The translations under genes and the position numbers were made by a program. The notes beneath the pieces are model-generated. The model made no database searches and was not told where the DNA came from. It was given only the letters and a program-made list of their open reading frames with translations. 64,000 bases of DNA from a virus: positions 1-64,000 of the IMG/VR virus record IMGVR_UViG_3300028584_000094, one strand, 5' to 3'. Shown piece after piece: positions 62,901 to 64,000 of this stretch (position 1 is its first letter; every line of letters starts with the position of its first letter).

Positions 62901-64000
62901 CGTGTGATGCGCAGACATTGCATGTTGCCGAGCGTCGGTGTCATGGCTGATGGTGTAGTAACTCTATCTGTCGCATCGTGGCATTCGAATTGGTTCATTC
63001 ATAACGTGGGATGTATTGATGCTGAGAAGCTCGTTCCTCTTCGAGGTAAACGATTGAAGAAATATGGTCAAGGTAAAGTGACATCGGTTGTTGAACTACC
63101 AATCGAAATGCGCAAAGTGTACGACATCGAGGTTGAAGACAATCACACGTTCTTTGCGAACGGCGTGTTGGTTCACAACACTGACTCGGTTTACCTTCAT
63201 GACCCGTATAACGACCCGAAACGACTAGCTGAAGTATGTCAACTGATCTCAAAAGAACAGCAGGAAGACGCAAATATTTATATCGACTCGCATGACTTAG
63301 AAATAGAAACTGCGATCAGTCAGATGTATTTCTTCCGCAACGATAAAGGTCAATATGTTAAAAAATTCTATGCTTATGTTAAGCCCGGGAAGAAAGGACC
63401 GGAAGTCGTTCTGAAAGGAATCAAACTAGTCAAAGGAGACTGTTCAAAACTTGCACTTGAAGTTTACGACAGATACATAAAACAAGATCTACTCGACTAT
63501 GAGCTGTGTCAGTATTCTCCCGAACAAGTGTTTTCGTGGGTTAAACAACTCTTCTTGGAACAACCAGATCTCTTACAGAAACGGTATAGACCGAAGAACC
63601 CAGCGTCGTACAAACGAGGTAAGAATGGTGAAGAGTCAACAGCTCTCATTCATTCGATCGCTAAACGGTATGGAGCAGGTGAACTCATGTTGATCCCGAA
63701 CGTGGCTATTGGTTGCGGGAAAGATAAACACTATGCGAAACAAGAAGAACTGATTGAAGAGTTTGGAGACAATTGGGTAGATTATGTTCTCGTGTACCCA
63801 ATTGTAGAAGAGTTGAAAGTATTCATCCCGTGGAATCAACGCGGGATGATCAAGAAACTCCAACCGAAACCAGAACTTAAAATGTACCACGATGGTTCCA
63901 GAATGATAGAAACTCGAAACCCTGTTGTGAAACGCAGATGTCAATCAAACGGGTTCAGAGAATTGCAACGGAAAGAATTTCTCACTCAACGTAAAAACGG
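59943..64000 (+). CDS. family-B DNA polymerase precursor with two inteins (3' end outside the window)
   Basis: No stop from ATG 59943 to the window end (1352 codons), and not in the track. ExoI YFDIET, ExoII GHNIRDYDFPIM, motif A VVDWASLYPHM, motif B KIVSNT|CYGISG, motif C PLYTD|TDSVYLH, then VKKFYAY and LKGIKLVKGD. Confidence 0.85.
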   Translation, partial: MDAIQEMLSARAVYFDIETHVKGDRPSTNDEPVFVGFRSPGGERIMYHISERDQIQAVLDYARVFIGHNIRDYDFPIMEQAGFIMTSPGKNGKTYSKVIIDTLQIMAIRAKPMLYLDLSLAHLGLRSLCERFNLEHQKGDIDYDIFKQVSWTQEELAEIKTYLFGDLDSGWGLFVYLYEFFYGFRQYVDEKSQRLFHWLRSSAGAITYKIICNIAGIPEEYDESIDDTLKNGVLYEGAYVALPFIDRIQGNLYVVDWASLYPHMYMLGNLYSQVAPGTPGAWHGGEIFKPIEAGDEDGIQGWYTRTPGKIEIAQRRIYTDRVHHKNLRDTFEKGTPDYIREDAVQLATKIVSNTCFSVDTEILTVEGIKLVSDVKEGDMVYSINKITNSVEIKKVTGTISFEYHGDMIRFKSDQYDLLVTPDHDMVITSRSNQKIQTIKAWGISKSGFKFPPHRGVIGTPVDYESIEYSEWYLRGMYLADGHARNVIRNGVSNGFEVSFSKYKDVYPIVWGKIEQHLINIGSRFSYDSNRKGFHVYSKEYYNDIVDSCGRTAEKRIIEFPTTHTSRQALFDGLYDGDGSKGTVRQFSTKLIGLRDDFIRLATELGIKWQYRFDSGIHRVGLRSEFGTQTWLKSRNMSVEQYDGIVTCCEVEDNHTVLVGRNGKFEWSGQCYGISGSPRFKNVFNVITASDCTAMARMSIKHARKRIRDFGYIPLYTDSVLGDSVIVVRLDDIIHSIRFDEFEHWLKMHEVVYTVEKDFAKTRYEIDDDLFTPSMNANREEEWKRITQLIVHPTMKKCYTVNHIRGSVSTTGDHSLIDFNRISGENYKMVEVKPLDATRVIYSGSDHMPSVDSGDEFTTLLMEFLGFYVFRGKKEDNKVYIRTGKTNREKNLIMEKLIYPIIGYFDGRIDTMETRETSNMVCFRSVKLAALIHSMMGDEKHIPESLMNVDSWKFLAFLRGVFTAIGIKNKVSPMFQCSSERKLNDLARVMRRHCMLPSVGVMADGVVTLSVASWHSNWFIHNVGCIDAEKLVPLRGKRLKKYGQGKVTSVVELPIEMRKVYDIEVEDNHTFFANGVLVHNTDSVYLHDPYNDPKRLAEVCQLISKEQQEDANIYIDSHDLEIETAISQMYFFRNDKGQYVKKFYAYVKPGKKGPEVVLKGIKLVKGDCSKLALEVYDRYIKQDLLDYELCQYSPEQVFSWVKQLFLEQPDLLQKRYRPKNPASYKRGKNGEESTALIHSIAKRYGAGELMLIPNVAIGCGKDKHYAKQEELIEEFGDNWVDYVLVYPIVEELKVFIPWNQRGMIKKLQPKPELKMYHDGSRMIETRNPVVKRRCQSNGFRELQRKEFLTQRKN
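61005..61949 (+). mobile_element. intein 1 (315 aa) with LAGLIDADG homing endonuclease, in polymerase motif B
   Basis: Starts CFSVDTEILTVEG; block B VTPDHDM; LAGLIDADG motifs GMYLADGHA and GLYDGDGSKG; block F CCEVEDNHTVLVGRNG. It ends ...FEWSGQ followed by Cys (CYG). Confidence 0.8.
62094..63179 (+). mobile_element. intein 2 (362 aa) in polymerase motif C, with degenerate LAGLIDADG-like core
   Basis: Starts SVLGDSVIVV (Ser1); block B TTGDHSL. It ends VYDIEVEDNHTFFANGVLVHN followed by Thr (TDS). The endonuclease-like motifs FLGFYVFRGK and FLRGVFTAIG lack the acidic residues. Confidence 0.8.

Noticed and set aside
1-64000. tRNA, rRNA, CRISPR array, integrase/attachment site and RNA polymerase gene.
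   Set aside because: I found no cloverleaf-like T-arm (GGTTCGAATCC-type) motif in the intergenic regions. There are no regularly spaced repeat-spacer arrays and no recombinase or RNAP motifs in any ORF. Their absence is by eye only and should be confirmed with tRNAscan-SE, minced and HMM searches.

Overview
The window is almost entirely a tailed-phage genome with podovirus-like (T7-like) virion gene order, in four blocks. (1) 1-7631, + strand, is a replication and nucleotide block: primase-helicase (5' end may be cut by the window), two wHTH replisome-organizer-like proteins, a DnaC-like loader, a degenerate ThyX-like protein, a C5-methyltransferase-like protein, a small HNH protein and a T7 endonuclease I-like nuclease. 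(2) 7624-42912, - strand, is one long virion and lysis operon. In transcription order it holds small and large terminase, portal, scaffold, major capsid, tail tube-like proteins, a 1448-aa repeat-containing tail fiber, two lysins, a PKD-domain protein and a run of internal (ejection-type) proteins. It ends in a 2912-aa protein with a lytic transglycosylase domain and two HExxH motifs. (3) 42913-45999 is a divergent control region with two small - strand genes and a short + strand operon. After it comes about 1.6 kb with no credible ORF (46000-47607), rich in palindromes and short repeats. It looks like a genome terminus, origin or early-promoter region. (4) 47608-64000, + strand, holds an early operon of many small genes, several below the track's 60-aa floor. 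These are followed by a RecT/Bet-like annealase, a Cas4-like PD-(D/E)XK nuclease and a Gly-rich SSB candidate. The last gene is a family-B DNA polymerase that is missing from the ORF track (no stop before the window end) and is interrupted by two inteins. The most interesting non-protein signal is a complete type II hammerhead ribozyme motif at 48665-48746. A degenerate hammerhead-like sibling lies at 49093-49186, and the two flank one early gene. I saw no tRNA, rRNA, CRISPR array, integrase or RNA polymerase gene. All functional calls come from motifs I could read in the translations; no database search was run.
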